The notes: generated by a model not told the origin, from the sequence alone. Shown: positions 10,980 to 23,652, counted from the stretch's first letter. The stretch is DNA of 64,000 bases from Rebecca billardiae RCC1528 (GCA_965240325.2 OZ251232.1:620001-684000); one strand, 5' to 3'. Numbers and translations: made by a program.

Positions 10980-12959
10980 TCATAAAAGGACCGGCATCTG
11001 ATGATGACGAGCATCATCTGATGACGATGATGACGATGGCATCATCGTGTCGAGGGCGCCGCCAATAGCGTGCGCGACGCGCTTAGCGACGGCCCGCAGC
11101 CGCTCCGCCTCCAGCCGCCGCCCCTTGCCCTCGAGGCACGCGACGCGCGCACGCAGGACGCCGGGCAGGGCGCCGAACAGTGCGGTCACAGGCGGCTGCA
11201 GGGCCGGCGCGCGCGCCCGGCGCCTGTCCGCGGCGGTCGCGTTGTGGATCTGCGCGGTCGCGTCGGCCAACGACGGCGCGGGGAACCCGGCAAACGTGAG
11301 TGCGCCCGCCGCCTGCGCCAGGGGCAAGTAGAAGCCGGGTAGGAAGTAGTGCCGCGGGAAGAGCTCCACGACGGCAGCGCACGGGCGCGCGAAGAGGAGG
11401 TTCGCGTTCTGCGCGCCGTGCGGGGTGAGGATCAGGTCCCGGGAGAGCACGAACGCCGCCTGCGCCTCGAAGGAGAGGCCCTCGAACCTTCCAACCTCGA
11501 CGGTGGCGTCTGGCTCGGGCAGCACGGCGCGCAGGGCGGCGACGAGCGAAGACTCGCCCGCGAGCTGCCGAGTGCCGCGGCGCTGCAGGATGCCGACGCG
11601 CAGTGCGGGCGGCGGGGCGCGCCCGAGCGCTGAGGGGGAGGCGGCGGAGGCGGCGGGGGCAGCGTCGTCCGCGCCGCGGCCCCCCGGCGCGCCCCTGTCC
11701 ACGTCCGCGCCGCGGCGGTGCAGCGCGTGCGTCATGCGGCGATGCAGCGAGTGTGCATGCGCCGCGTCCGCCAGCCAGCGCACCTCGTCGCCCTGCCAGC
11801 CCGCGGTGGGCGGGGCGCGCGGCTGCGCGGCGAGCTCGCACGCCCCGCGCTGCGCGAGCCGGCGGCGGCGCTGGCTGCTGCGCGCGGCTCCACGAGCAGC
11901 CCAGGGCACCGGAGCGGTCCGGTTCTGCGCATCAAGCCGCAAAGCAGGCAGCGCACCCTCAGCGCGCACCGCAGCGCCGATGCTGCGCCGTGCACCGCAC
12001 TCTTGCGCCGCCGCGCTGCCCGGCGCAGCCGACCCTGCGCGGCGCACAGGGCGACGAGGAGCCTGCGCGGGCGCGAGCGACTCCGCCCCCGACCCCCGCG
12101 CTGGCGCCTGTGCAGGCCCAGCCGGCCGTGCCCCCGCGCCAGGCTGCTCCCACGAGCCGGACGTGTGCGCCTCTGCCCGCGCGGCCTTGTCTGCGGCCTT
12201 GGGCAGGTGCGCCCACGGCCTGGCCTGGCGGCGGCTCGGCGCAGCGTGCCGGCCGCGGGGCGGGCGCGAACGGCTGGTGGCCAGGTGCGATGGCGCGCTC
12301 TGCGGCCCCTCCAGCGCCGCGGATGCCACCGCCAGCGCCCGCGGCCGCGGCGGCCCACGACCGCCGCCTGTGCGCGGCTGCGCAGCCGTGGCCGCCGCCT
12401 GCCGCCCTCGCCCCGGCGCGGAGGAGGTGGCAGCACCGCTGGCGCGCGCCGTGCCGTCGTCGGTCCCCGCGGGCGTCTCCGTCGGCTGCCCAGCAGGTGC
12501 CGGCACCGGCGCCGCCACAGATGCAACCTCCACGCGCATGAGCTCAACCAGCCCCTGCGTCCACCTGCTGACCGCCTGCACGCCCGGGCCAGCGCCGACT
12601 CGGCCGGGGCGGTCGACGACCAGCACTGGCCGCAGGCGGGGGTGCGTGCGGAAGAAGGACCAGCAGGTCAGAAGCGACTGCGCGTCGTGGGCGAAGTGCC
12701 GGCCCGCCACCGACGCGTCCGTGTTCCCGGCGTGCAGCCAGCACTGGGCGGCTGCACTTGCGCCGCCCCCGCTCGCGCCTCGCAGGCGGCGCTGCGCTGT
12801 CGAGGTGGCGGCGTAGTGGAGCGCCGTTCGGGCGCAGGGACGCGGAACGAGCCGCTTGTCCACGTCGAAGAACGGCTGCGGCAGCGACCAGTTCGTGACG
12901 AGGTAGGCAGCGCCGTGCGGGAGGCACAGGCCGGCCAGGGACAGGGCGACCGCCGCCAT
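10980..12959 (-). CDS. Glycosyltransferase family 61-like protein
   Basis: Hydrophobic N-terminus ([13 protein letters not shown]). C-terminal GT61-like motifs [67 protein letters not shown]; long low-complexity insert in the middle. Confidence 0.8.
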   Translation of the reverse strand: MAAVALSLAGLCLPHGAAYLVTNWSLPQPFFDVDKRLVPRPCARTALHYAATSTAQRRLRGASGGGASAAAQCWLHAGNTDASVAGRHFAHDAQSLLTCWSFFRTHPRLRPVLVVDRPGRVGAGPGVQAVSRWTQGLVELMRVEVASVAAPVPAPAGQPTETPAGTDDGTARASGAATSSAPGRGRQAAATAAQPRTGGGRGPPRPRALAVASAALEGPQSAPSHLATSRSRPPRGRHAAPSRRQARPWAHLPKAADKAARAEAHTSGSWEQPGAGARPAGPAQAPARGSGAESLAPAQAPRRPVRRAGSAAPGSAAAQECGARRSIGAAVRAEGALPALRLDAQNRTAPVPWAARGAARSSQRRRRLAQRGACELAAQPRAPPTAGWQGDEVRWLADAAHAHSLHRRMTHALHRRGADVDRGAPGGRGADDAAPAASAASPSALGRAPPPALRVGILQRRGTRQLAGESSLVAALRAVLPEPDATVEVGRFEGLSFEAQAAFVLSRDLILTPHGAQNANLLFARPCAAVVELFPRHYFLPGFYLPLAQAAGALTFAGFPAPSLADATAQIHNATAADRRRARAPALQPPVTALFGALPGVLRARVACLEGKGRRLEAERLRAVAKRVAHAIGGALDTMMPSSSSSSDDARHHQMPVLL

Positions 12960-13262
12960 TTCACGTCGGACGGGTTCCCCAACTCGCAGCACTGTCCGTT
13001 ACGGGGTTCCATCGACCGATATCTAACGATGCCTAATTGCTTGCCCCCGTGACTATTGGCTCGAATTGTGGATACGGGTGCGCAATTGGTGAGATGACGA
13101 ACGGGACGCCATATTCATACTTGCAAGTGTGCCGCTCACGGGGGGCCATGTTACCCGGCGAAGGTGAGAGGCCGTAGTTGCTGCGAGAGCAGCAGTGGTG
13201 GCCGCCAGCAACGCACGCAGCAGTAACCTCCGGCTCATCACGACGGCTGCCCCCGCCGCGGC

Positions 13263-16200
13263 ATGCCCGCCGCCACGGTCGCCCCGCTGAGCGTGGAGAC
13301 GCAGCCCACGGAGAGCGCTGCTGCCACGCTCGCAGACGACGATGCCACCACGGCCGGCGGCCCACCCGTGATCACGGAGGACGGCCAGGTCATCATGCCG
13401 GGCGTTGACGACGGCCTCGCCGAGGCGGAGGAGGGGTTGGTCATGCCGATGGACGGCGAGGGGGTGCGCGCGCGCGCGTGACGACGCGCCATCTGCACTG
13501 CCCCCTCGCGCCAGGCGCCCCGCCCCCGCTCCCGCCGCGCCGCGCGCCGCTGCGCGCCTGAACTGCCCCGTGCGCCGTCTCGCGCGACCGCGCGCGCGCA
13601 CACGCGCCGCGCGCGCAGGACGAGTTCCTCGAGTACGAGGAGCTGACGTGGACAGAGTACTTCAAGTACTACATCATGATGCTCCTGGAGAACGCGTACT
13701 TCTCTGTGCGCGCTCCGCACCCTGCGCGCAGCCACGGGCGCGCGCGCAGCTGCGCTGCGCATGGCTGGCGGCGGCGGCGGCTCACGCGGTGCCGCGCCGC
13801 GCGCGCCGCCGCTCGCCGCTCGCGCCGCCGCTCTCGCGCAGGGCCTGATGACGCTGACGACGGTGTACGCGCTGTACGGCGAGGACCTCCGCCTCGTCGC
13901 CTTCTCCAAGAGCGCGGACATCGTCTTCTACTCGATCTCGACGGTCGCGATGTTCCTGTTTGCGCTCGAGCTCGGGCTGGGCACGTGGGCGAAGCGCGGC
14001 TTCGTCTTCTCCTTCTTCTGGTGGCTCGACCTGGTGGCGACGCTCTCGCTGATCGCGGACATCCCGTGGTTCATGGACCCGATCACCGCGGCGATGTCCT
14101 CGGACGACGGCGACGACGTGGGCGGGACGGGCACGGCGGCGCGCGCCGGGCGCGCGGCGCGCGCGGGCACGCGCGCGGGCCGCATCATCCGCATCGTGCG
14201 CATCGTGCGCGTGCTGCGGCTGATGCGGCTGGTGCGCGCGATCAAGCACGCGCTGCACATCAAGTCGAAGCACAGCCACGCGCACAAGACCAAGTCCGGC
14301 GGGCAGTCCGCCCCGACCGACTCGCCCTCGCAGACGGGGCAGAAGCTCTCGGACGCGATCACGCGGCAGACGGTGATCGGCGTGCTGCTGTTCATCCTCG
14401 TCTTCCCCTTCCTCAACGTGAACGAGGTGTACGGCCGGCTGGACTACAACGCGAACGCGCTGGAGTACGCCGAGCTCAACGTGCTCGCCGGCGTCTCAGG
14501 CGGCGCGCTCGACGCCGTCGTCGCCCAGCTCCGCGACTTTTACGCCGCGGTGCGCATCGACACGTACGGCGTGCTGCTTGTGGACGAGGGCGAGCGGCTG
14601 GCGCAGCTGCGGGCGCGCGAGGAGGTGGAGGTGGTGCGGCTGCGCGCGCGGGACGGGCGCACGGTGCTGGAGGGGCTGTTCGACATCACCGGCGACGTGC
14701 AGGCCGCCGGCCTCTACTCCATCGGCTTCACCACCTTCATCATCTTCATGCTCGGCGTGGCTGCGTTCATGTTCAACCGCGTGTCCAACAAGTACGTGAT
14801 CGCGCCGATCGAGTCGATCATGAAGATGATGCGCGAGTTCTCGGCGAACCCGCTGGACAAGATGAAGGCGTCGACGCAGGGCGCGGGGAAGGAGACCTCG
14901 CAGCTCATGCAGTCGATCACCAAGATCGGCGCGCTGCTGCAGATCGGCTTCGGCGAGGCGGGCGCGCGCATCATCGGCGAGAACCTCAAGTCGGGCGGCG
15001 AGCTCAACGCGATGACGCCCGGCCGCAAGATGGTCGCGCTGTTCGGCTTCGTGGTGATCTTCCACTTCGGCGACGCGACGGAGGCGCTGAAGGAGCAGGT
15101 GATGCTCTTCGTCAACCGCGTCGCCGCCATCGTCCACGCCTGCGTCCACGAGCACTCCGGCGCGATCAACAAGAACATCGGCGAGGCGTTTCTGATGGTG
15201 TGGCCTCTCGCGCACCGCACGGAGAAGCGCAAGAAGGCGCTCTCGAAGCGGCGCTCGAGCGTCTCCTCGCTCGAGGGCGGGAGCCGGCCGGGCTCGCCGA
15301 TGAAGACGCCGGGCAAGTCGCCCGGCCGCCGGCGCGGCTTCGGCTCCGACGCCGCGCAGCAGGCGCAGGCGCAGAGCGACGCCGCCGCCGGCACGCCGCC
15401 CGACCGGCGCGGCAGCGCGGGCGCCACGCCGCCGGGCAGCACCGGCCGGTTCGGCAGCAGCGACCGGCGCGGGAGCGGCGGCGCCACCACGCCGCCGGGC
15501 GCCACGCGGTGCGGCAGCGGCAGCGGCGCGGGCTCGAGCGGCGGCGCGGGCAGCGCGTGCCCCGACGGGGTGCACGGCGGCGGCGCCGTCGCCGTCCGGC
15601 GTGGCTCTGGCGCGGAGGGCGTGCCCAACGCTGAGGACCTGAGCCGGAGGCTGAGCGACATCAAGGAGAAGGCGCCGGCGGCGGAGGCGCGCGCGGAGAG
15701 CCGCGGCAGCGTGATCGACGAGAAGTCGGTGGTCACCGACGTCGAGGGCGCCAGCTCCGCCGCCGCCGACAAGGGCGACGGGCCGCCATCGCAGGTCAAG
15801 ACCCTCACCTCGTTCAGCGCGCACCGCGCGCGGCTCGGCTCGGGCGGCGGCACGATCGGCACGCTCGAGCTGCCGGAAGGCGCGCCGCCGCACCCGTCGC
15901 CGCCGTCGCTCACGACGCAGCAGACGGACCACGACTACTCGAGCCTCGCCTCCTCGCCGCCGGAGACCCCCGCGCGCGTCGGCGTCGCCATCGACGCGCG
16001 CGTCGGCACCGCGCGCACGCCGCCGCGCGAGCGCGACAAGCGGCGTGCCTCGATCCAGAGCGACGGCCCGACCGTGATCGAGGTGGAGAAGATGTACGTG
16101 CTGCCGGAGGGGACGAAGATGTTCACCACGGCGGACTGCGCGGTGGCGGGCTTCGCGCTGTGCGTGCTGCTCATCAAGGCGAGCAAGCAGCTCCAGCAGC

Positions 16201-17525
16201 TGTGCCAGCACGAGCGGCTGCAGACGCTGCACCCGGGTGCGCGCGCGCCGACCGCCGACCGCCGACCGCCGACCGCCGACCGCCGACCGCCGACCGCCGA
16301 CCGCCGACCGCCGACCGCCGACCGCCGACCGCCGACCGCCGACGCGCCGGACGCGCCGCGCCGCGCCGCGCCGCATCCGGCGCGCGGCCGCCCACACACC
16401 CCGTCCCCTCGCGCCCGCGCGGCCGCACGCCGCGCCCGCGCGCGCAGGCTTCAGCGTGCAGACCGGGTACGGGCTGCACCTCGGCTGGGCCATCGAGGGC
16501 GCGATCGGCTCCGACCTCAAGATCGACGCGTCCTACCTCTCGCCCAACGTGAACCTCGCGTCGCGGCTCGAGGCGGCGTCCAAGCAGTACCACGTACGCA
16601 TCCTCGTGTCGGAGCAGGTGTACAACACCATGTCCAAGACGGTGCAGGTGCGCGCGGGGCGCGGGGCGCGCGCGCCGCGCGCCCTCCGGCCTCGCGCACG
16701 CCGCCGAGGGCGGTCGGCGCGCGCGGCACGGCTGGCTGGCTGGGAGCCTGGCTGGCTGGTTGGTTGGCCGCTGGAGCTGGGGTGTGGCGCGTGTGGGCGG
16801 GCGCGAGTGCGCCCGCGCTCACGCCGCCTCGCCCCGCGCCTCCGCGCCATCCCTCGCTCCGCCCGCCGCCCCGCCCGCACCGATCGATCGCGCGCAGGCG
16901 TGCATGCGCAAGATTGACTGCGTGACCGTCAAGGGCTCGGCGCGGCCGATGGTGCTGTACACGCTCGACGTGTCGGAGGACGAGGAGAACGTGCGCGCGG
17001 CCGAGAGGCTCGACCCCACGGCGATCCAGGAGGAGGAGGGCGAGGAGGGCGCGGGCGAGGAGGAGGGCGAGTCGACGGACGACGAGGACGAGGAGGTGGA
17101 CGAGGAGCTGGTCGAGGCGGAGAAGGAGGCGCTCGAGGAGCTCGAGCACGAGCGCAAGATGTTCGAGCGCGTCGACAAGATCTACAAGCTCAAGCGCACG
17201 ACCACGCCCGAGTTCATGGCGCTGTGGGACTCCGCGCGGGACAAGTACCTCGCGGGCGAGTGGGGCGAGGCGCACGCGCTCTTCGTGCAGTGCGAGCAGA
17301 TGCTGCCGGACGACGGGCCGACGCAGACGCTCAAGTCGTACATCGAGCGGCGCGACTGCGTGGCGCCCTCCTCTTGGAAAGGTGCGGCCGGACGCGGCCT
17401 GCGCGCGTGCGGCCGCCCACGCGCGCTCGGCGCGGCCCTGCTCACGACCGTGCCGCCATCGTGGCGCGGGCGTGCTGCGTTCTTTCCGCACGCGCGCAGG
17501 TGTGCGCGAGCTCACGTCCAAGTGA
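13263..17525 (+). CDS. Ion-transport (voltage-sensor-like) domain fused to a class III nucleotidyl cyclase domain with a TPR-like C-terminus (ciliate/apicomplexan-type channel-cyclase architecture); metal-binding Asp residues substituted
   Basis: Exons 13263-13463, 13619-13705, 13842-16236, 16448-16647, 16898-17381, 17500-17525, all with frame-consistent GT-AG junctions. YALYGEDLRL, FFWWLDLVATLSL, S4-like RAGRAARAGTRAGRIIRIVRIVRVLRLMRLVR, GALLQIGFGEAG, KNIGEAFLMVW, GLHLGWAIEGAIGSDLKIDASYLSPNVNLASRLEA, TVKGS, C-terminus WKGVRELTSK. Confidence 0.9.
16248..16343. repeat. (CCGACCG)n heptamer tandem repeat, ~13.7 units, inside an intron of the cyclase gene
   Basis: Directly visible; source of the spurious PPTADRR peptide repeats in the ORF track. 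Confidence 0.97.
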
Positions 17526-18140
17526 TGCGAGGCCCCGTCGGGCCGTCACAGCAAGGGGACTTAGAGCTATACGCCGAGTCACAGCTTGAGCTGATGATCG
17601 ATCGATGGGCGTCCGGACGGACGGAGTGAGCGCATCATCTGCACTCGACTGCAGCATGTCGGCGACGGTCACGGGCCCCAGCGCGGCCAGCGCCATTGCG
17701 TGCGGGCGGTCAGTCACGGCCGGGCTGTCTTAGTACGTAGTAGTATAACTTGATATGATGAGCCGCCGCTGCGCCGCCGGCACGGCTCGGACGACATGCG
17801 ATGAGTAGTCGCGATCTGCTGATGCGAGTCAGGCGGCACCACCGGCGCGCCGCACTACTGTCTGCTACTGCTCCGCCGTCAAAATCAAATGACCAAATCG
17901 GCAAATGTCACTGACTGCTACCGTACACTGTCCCGGCCGGCGCCGGCCGCCTGATGAGCAGTAGCGAGCTTAGAAGTTAGATGGCGCGCTGCTCGCACGA
18001 CGACCCGCTGACTCCAGCCGTCGCCCGGCGCCGCCGCGCCGCCGCGAATCATCATCGTCATATATATCGCTACTCGCCACCGGCGTCGCGACCGCGGCCA
18101 TATCGATCATCATCCGTGTTGGCGGCAGCGTGCGCGCCCC

Positions 18141-19325
18141 TCATCGGACTTCGGAGCCCGGCGGACTCGTCTCGTCAGTCTGATGATGATACGAGCTCGT
18201 CAAGCCGTCAGCTATCGGCACGGCGGCGTGGGGGGCGGCGGCACATTGGATCGCCCGCGTCGTGCACGGCGCGCCGTGGACAAGCAGGACCTCGAGCGCC
18301 TCCAACTGTCGTGCGGCCGCCGCCGCTTCGCACGCGCGCTCATCCCATCGCCTGCGCACGACCGGCGGGGGCGGGGCGGTCGGCGAGCGGCCCTGCTGCT
18401 CATACCACGGGGTGTCCTCCTGCGCCGGCTGCGTGGCGGGGGGCGAAGACTGCGACCGCGGGCCGGGCCCGGGCGGCGGCGGCGAAACCGTCGCTGGCGC
18501 GCTTCGCCGCTCCCGCTCGGGCGAGGATGCCGCCGGGCCGAGCACGAACTGCAGCCACCACTGCAACAGGCCGGCCGGCTGCGTCTGGGGCGGCGCCGGC
18601 CGCGATGAGACCGTCGAGGCGAGGCGCGCGGGCGAGTCCGGCGCGGGGATGGGCTGGTTGCGCTGGGCGAGCGTCGGCGTCTCGATCCGCCCAAGCCCCG
18701 CCGGCGGTGCCGCCTCCGCCGCCAGCTCGCGCGGGACGGACGGGTCGGTGTAGTTGTACACGTCGAGCTGCTCGTCCGTCTCGTGCTCCATCAGCAGCCG
18801 GAGGCACACGGTGCAGCCGCTGCGCGCCGCGGCGACGTACGCGTCGGAGTCCCAGCGGACGCCGCTGAGGGCGAGGAAGCGTTCGAGGATACGTGGCTGC
18901 CCGCCCGCCGCCGCCGCCTCGACCTCGCGCGGGCCCGGGATCAGCTCGTGGTGCAGGAGCAGCCACTCGACGCTGAAGAGAGAGCCGTGCCGTGCGGCCT
19001 CGCGCAGCGCGCCGCCGTCGGCGTCGATGCCGAGCTTGACGAGCACGCGCATGATGTGGACTCGGTTCAGGCGTGCCGCCGCCGCCCAGACGCGAGCGCC
19101 CGCCGGCGCGTGCCCCTCGCCGAGACCCATGGCCCAGGCTGCATGCGCCGTCGATTTGCAAGCCGCCTGCGTGCGCGTGCGGATGCCCGCGGGGAAGCGA
19201 GCGAGCGCGGCGTCGCGCGTCGCCTTGCAGCAGAGCGTCACGCAGAGGGCATCGTCCTCGTCCAGCTCGTCGATCACGAGTCGGAGGTGCTCGTCCGTGC
19301 CGAGGATAGCCACCAGGGACGACAT
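18141..19325 (-). CDS. F-box-like N-terminus plus degenerate ankyrin-type repeat protein
   Basis: N-terminus EHLRLVIDELDEDDALCVTLCCKATRDA; repeats AAARLNRVHIMRVL, EAARHGSLFSVEWL, AAAAGGQPRILERF, WDSDAYVAAARSGCTVCLRLL, WDERACEAAAAARQLEALEVLLVHGAP. Confidence 0.7.
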   Translation of the reverse strand: MSSLVAILGTDEHLRLVIDELDEDDALCVTLCCKATRDAALARFPAGIRTRTQAACKSTAHAAWAMGLGEGHAPAGARVWAAAARLNRVHIMRVLVKLGIDADGGALREAARHGSLFSVEWLLLHHELIPGPREVEAAAAGGQPRILERFLALSGVRWDSDAYVAAARSGCTVCLRLLMEHETDEQLDVYNYTDPSVPRELAAEAAPPAGLGRIETPTLAQRNQPIPAPDSPARLASTVSSRPAPPQTQPAGLLQWWLQFVLGPAASSPERERRSAPATVSPPPPGPGPRSQSSPPATQPAQEDTPWYEQQGRSPTAPPPPVVRRRWDERACEAAAAARQLEALEVLLVHGAPCTTRAIQCAAAPHAAVPIADGLTSSYHHQTDETSPPGSEVR

Positions 19326-19808
19326 GTGGAAGTCCACGGTGTGAGGTATGACGTGCGACGACGGCGTGCTCGCTCGTTGGTATCGTATCGGATGAATTGA
19401 AAAGAAGGAAACTGCTGCAAACTTTCGCAGATGCGCGCCTTTCGGGACGGTGCAACGTCAATGAGTGCGCATATCTCTTGTTGCCTGAGCTGCGAGATTG
19501 CGTCTGGCTAAATTTAGTCAACCCTTTTCGAGTGAATCGCCGCGAGGCTTGCCGAGCCTATTGAAAAGTGCATCATTTCAAAATACTCACGTGGTTGTGG
19601 CCTTGTGGGTATTCAAGTTTTCTCGTGCAGGGCCCGGCTCAATGAACCGCCGATTCGCCGAATTCAGACGATGATTCCTTTCTGAGTTAATGACGCTCGC
19701 CCGATTCTCGGCATGGAATTTGTGATTTGGTATTCGGTCTCGATCTGCCGATGATCTCACCGCCTTCTAATGGCCCTGTAACGGCCGGCGGGTCGCTCTC
19801 CGCCAACA

Positions 19809-20565
19809 GAAAGGACAGTGGAAACCCGGGGACTTTGTCCCCCCGCGCCCCTATCGCGGGCTCTGGCGCGCGAACGCTTTGTCACTACTGGCTCCCCGAG
19901 GTGGAGAGCGGCGCTCCGTGCACCAACAAAGACATCCCCAGCCGCATGTTGCCACTCGACACCTCGTCTCGCCTCGCGCGGAGCCAACTTGTGGTGTGCG
20001 GGAGCCACCCGTAGCACACTGGGCCGTGTAGCGACGCGTGTGGCGGGTCAACAGTGCATCGCGAAGGCGTCGCACGCGCAATCCGTTGAGTACATACTCA
20101 TGTCTGTCCCATGGCACGTCATGCACCGCCTGTCGACACCTCGTCTCGCTTCGCGCGGAGCCAACTTGTGGTGTGCGGGAGCTACCCGAAGCACAGGCTG
20201 TGCTGCACGCGGCGCGTCGCGAGTCGGGAGTGCATCGGCGCACACGGCGGCGCACGACGTGCCATGGGACAGACATGAGTATGTACTCAACGGATTGCGC
20301 GTGCGACGCCTTCGCGATGCACTGTTGACCCGCCACGCGCGTCGCTACACGGCCCGGTGTGCTACGGGTGGCTCCCGCAAACCACAAGTTGGCTCCGCGC
20401 GAGGCGAGACGAGGTGTCGAGTGGCAACATGCGGCTGGGGATGTCTTTGTTGGTGCACGGAGCGCCGCTCTCCACCTCGGGGAGCCAGTAGTGACAAAGC
20501 GTTCGCGCGCCAGAGCCCGCGATAGGGGCGCGGGGACAAAGTCCCCGGGTTTCCACTGTCCTTTC
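19809..20565. mobile_element. Foldback/MITE-like element: ~320-bp near-perfect inverted arms around a ~115-bp spacer
   Basis: Left arm 19809-~20130 (GAAAGGACAGTGGAAACCCGGGGACTTTGTCCCC...) is the reverse complement of ~20246-20565 (...GGGGACAAAGTCCCCGGGTTTCCACTGTCCTTTC). No credible ORF and no clean TSD found. Confidence 0.75.
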
Positions 20566-21130
20566 CGCCGCACCCCTCGCCTAGCGAGGGGTGCTCGACC
20601 GTTACGGGAGATTAGATGCACCTGCGATGATCTCGTAGGCTCTCGGATGAATCAAATATAATTACCTATGACGGTGAAGATTCGTCCAATGTCAGTGACA
20701 CTCGCTGACTCACACTGAGTGACGGACTATCACTCAGTCACAGTGTCAGCGAACTCAGCCTAAAGCACATCAATGGGAGCCGCATCAGCAGTCTAACCAT
20801 TCTGACTATCATAGTGATCGTCGACTTTCTATGCTACTAAGAGCAAACGAGATGGTCGTGAGCGAAAGCTCGCGCACGGCCACGGCGCACGCGTATGCGT
20901 TGGCGCTACCTCGCCCGCGGGCGTGGTGCCCACTGGCAGCGCGTGCGCGCGCAGTCTGCGCGACCTTGCCGTTGGGGCTTGCACTTGAAGTCGCGCGGCA
21001 CTTTAACCGTAGTGACCGGCCACCCGCCAACGCCTTGCGTCACTCGGCGCCGCGCGGCCGAAACAGAGCTGCTGCGCGTGCCCCCGCGCTCCCGGCCGTG
21101 CCGTCAGCTCGGCGCCGCGCCGCGCGGCGC

Positions 21131-23621
21131 TCAGTACTGCTGCCCGACGATGCCGGTGCCGTGGCCGCAGATGCGCTCGGCGGCGAGCACCGCCATCAGC
21201 GCGTGCAGCCGCGGCTCGGCCGCCGCGTCGATGGTGCGCGACGCGGCGACGATCAGGCAGTCAGCGAGCTCGAGCGCGTCGTTCTCGATCACGCGCGGCG
21301 GCGGGCTGAACGCGCTGCCGCCGCGGCCGGCCGCGCTGGGCGCGCCGAGCGGCTGCAGCCGCACAATGGCCGCCAGCAGCCCGTTCGCCTCGTCCGTCTC
21401 AGGGCCGAGCAGCGGCGCCGAGCCGCGCGCGGCGGCGGCGCGGCCGAGCGCGGCGAGCGGCGGCGCGTCGCTCGGCACGAGCTCGTCCTCGATCGCTCCG
21501 TACAGCCCGCCCGCCGCCTCCTCCGCCGCCTCCGCCTCCGCCTCGGCCGCGCTGCCGCTGCTGCACTCGTCGTCGTCGCTCGGCGGCGCGCCCGCGGGCC
21601 CCGCGCCGTCCGCGCGCGCCGGCGTGGCGGGCGAGCCGTCGCGCCGCGCCGCGCCGGCGCGGCGACGCGTGGGCGAGGAGCGCGCGGAGTCGACGCGCGG
21701 CGTGCCTGGGCTCGAGTTGCACGCGCCGCTGGTCGGGCCGCTGGTCGGGCTGTCCTCCTCCTGCAGCGAGCTGTGCGCGCCGTGCCGCGCGCGGCCAAAG
21801 GCGGGCGCGTGCACGCGCACGCCCGTGCTCGCGCCGAGGCAGCTCGCCAGCCCGCCGCCGCCGCCGCCACCGCCGCCCGCGCCACGGCCGGCGGCGGCGG
21901 TGGTGGCGGCGGGTGCGCCGTGCAGCCCGAGCGCGCGCGCGGTCGCGAGCAGCTCGCGCCTGTGCGCGGCGTGGTGGCGCGTCGCCGCCTCCAGCCCTAT
22001 CTGGGCCGCCCTGCAGCCGAGGCTGACGGCTAAGTCGTACCGCGCGCCCAGCTCGCGCGCGGCGCCCGCCGTCTCCGCGCCGCCCTCCGCGCCGGCGGCA
22101 CCGCCGTCCTCCGCCTCGGCCTCCTCCTCCTCCTCGTCCTCCAGCTCCGCCGCCCGGTGCCGCCGCGCGAGCGCGTCGAGCAGCGCGCTCGTGCTCGCGC
22201 GCTGCTTCGCCTTGGGGCGGTACGCGACCGGCATGGCGCGGCCGCGCTCGTGCCCGACGATGGCCTCCAGCTCGTCCGCGGAGGGTGCGCGCGCGCCCAG
22301 CGCCGCGCCGAGCTGCGCGTGCAGCAGCGCGGCGCGGCGGCAGATGGGCTGCTCGGCGGGCGGCGCGGCCGCGCCGCCGTCCGCGTCCGCGCGCGCGCCG
22401 CCCGCCAACCCGCTCGCCGCCGCGGCGACCGAGGCGGCGGCGAGCGTGGCGGAGGCGACCACGCCGCCGGCGCTGCCGCCGAGCGCGACCGCCGCCGCCC
22501 AGCGCTCGTCGCACACGAGCTCGAGCGTCAGCGCCCAGAGCACGCACGCGATCGGCGCGGCGCGGCGCGCGGCGAGCGGCGCGTCGGCCGCGGTGAAGCG
22601 CGTCACGGCCGCCACCGCGTCGAGCGCGCGGCACAGCCATGGCCCGCTCTCGCACGCGCGCGCGCGCGAGACGCGGCGCACGCCGAGCACAGTGACGGCC
22701 AGCCGCGCGTGCGCCACGCGCGCGTCGCCCGAGCCGCCGAGAAGCAGGTCGGTCGCGCCCATCGCGGCGTGGGCGTGCGCGTGCGCGTGCGCGCTGGCGT
22801 GGGGGGGCGTGTGCGCGCCGCCCGCGCCGTGCGCCTCTTGGCCGCGCGTGGCGGCGGGCGCGACCTCGCTCAGGCAGTGCGCGCACGCCAGCGCGGCGCC
22901 GTCCAGCCAGCCGCCCACCGCCTCGACCGACATCGCCTCGCAGGCCTCGGCACCGTCGCCGCCACCGCCCGCGGCGCTGCCGCCGCGCCGCGCGGAGCCG
23001 GGCGGGGTGCCGCCGTTGCTGAGCGGCGCGCCGCGCGCGGAGGCGGCGGTGGGCGCGCGGCCCGCGCCGCCTCGGCCAGCCGCGCCCGACCCCGGCTGCA
23101 GCCGAGAGCACAGCCGCGCGCACGCCGCGCCGACGCTCGCGACGAGCTGGCTGAGCGCCGCCATCTCCGCGGCGAGGTGCGGCGCGCCGCCGAGCGCGGC
23201 GAGGTCGGCGTAGACCTGCATGGACGAGGGCGCGCGCGAGAGGCGGCGGAACGAGCCCGAGCCGTCGCCGCTGCCGCCGCTGCCGCCGCTGCCGCCGCGC
23301 GCCGCGCCGGGCTTGGCGCCTTCGGCGCGCGCGCGCGCGCGCGCGTGCGCCGCGGCGCGGCGCGCCGCGCGCGCGAGCGCGCGCACCGTGCGCGCGTGCT
23401 GCCACGGCGAGTGCGGCAGCGGCAGCGCGAGCGCGGGCGCGGGCAGCGTGCACGCCGCGCCGAGCAGCAGCAGCGTCGCGTGGCAGCGTGCGAGCGTGGG
23501 CAGCGGGTGCGGCAGCGGCGCGTCTGGCAGTAGCCCGCGCTGGGGCACGAGCACGCGCAGGCCCGCGGCGGCTGCGGAGGGCGCGCGGCCGCTGGTGGGT
23601 CCGCCTTGCTCCGCCGAGAGC

Positions 23622-23652
<31 letters not shown>

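Noticed and set aside
16248-16343. Regular repeats considered as a possible CRISPR array or telomeric seed
   Set aside because: No unique spacers and no telomere-like unit; this is an intronic heptamer satellite in a eukaryotic gene. No CRISPR array, rRNA or tRNA was recognised anywhere in the window.
19818-20621. Near-identical ORFs on both strands, also at 37605-38981
   Set aside because: Mirror products of the inverted repeats, with no transposase motifs.
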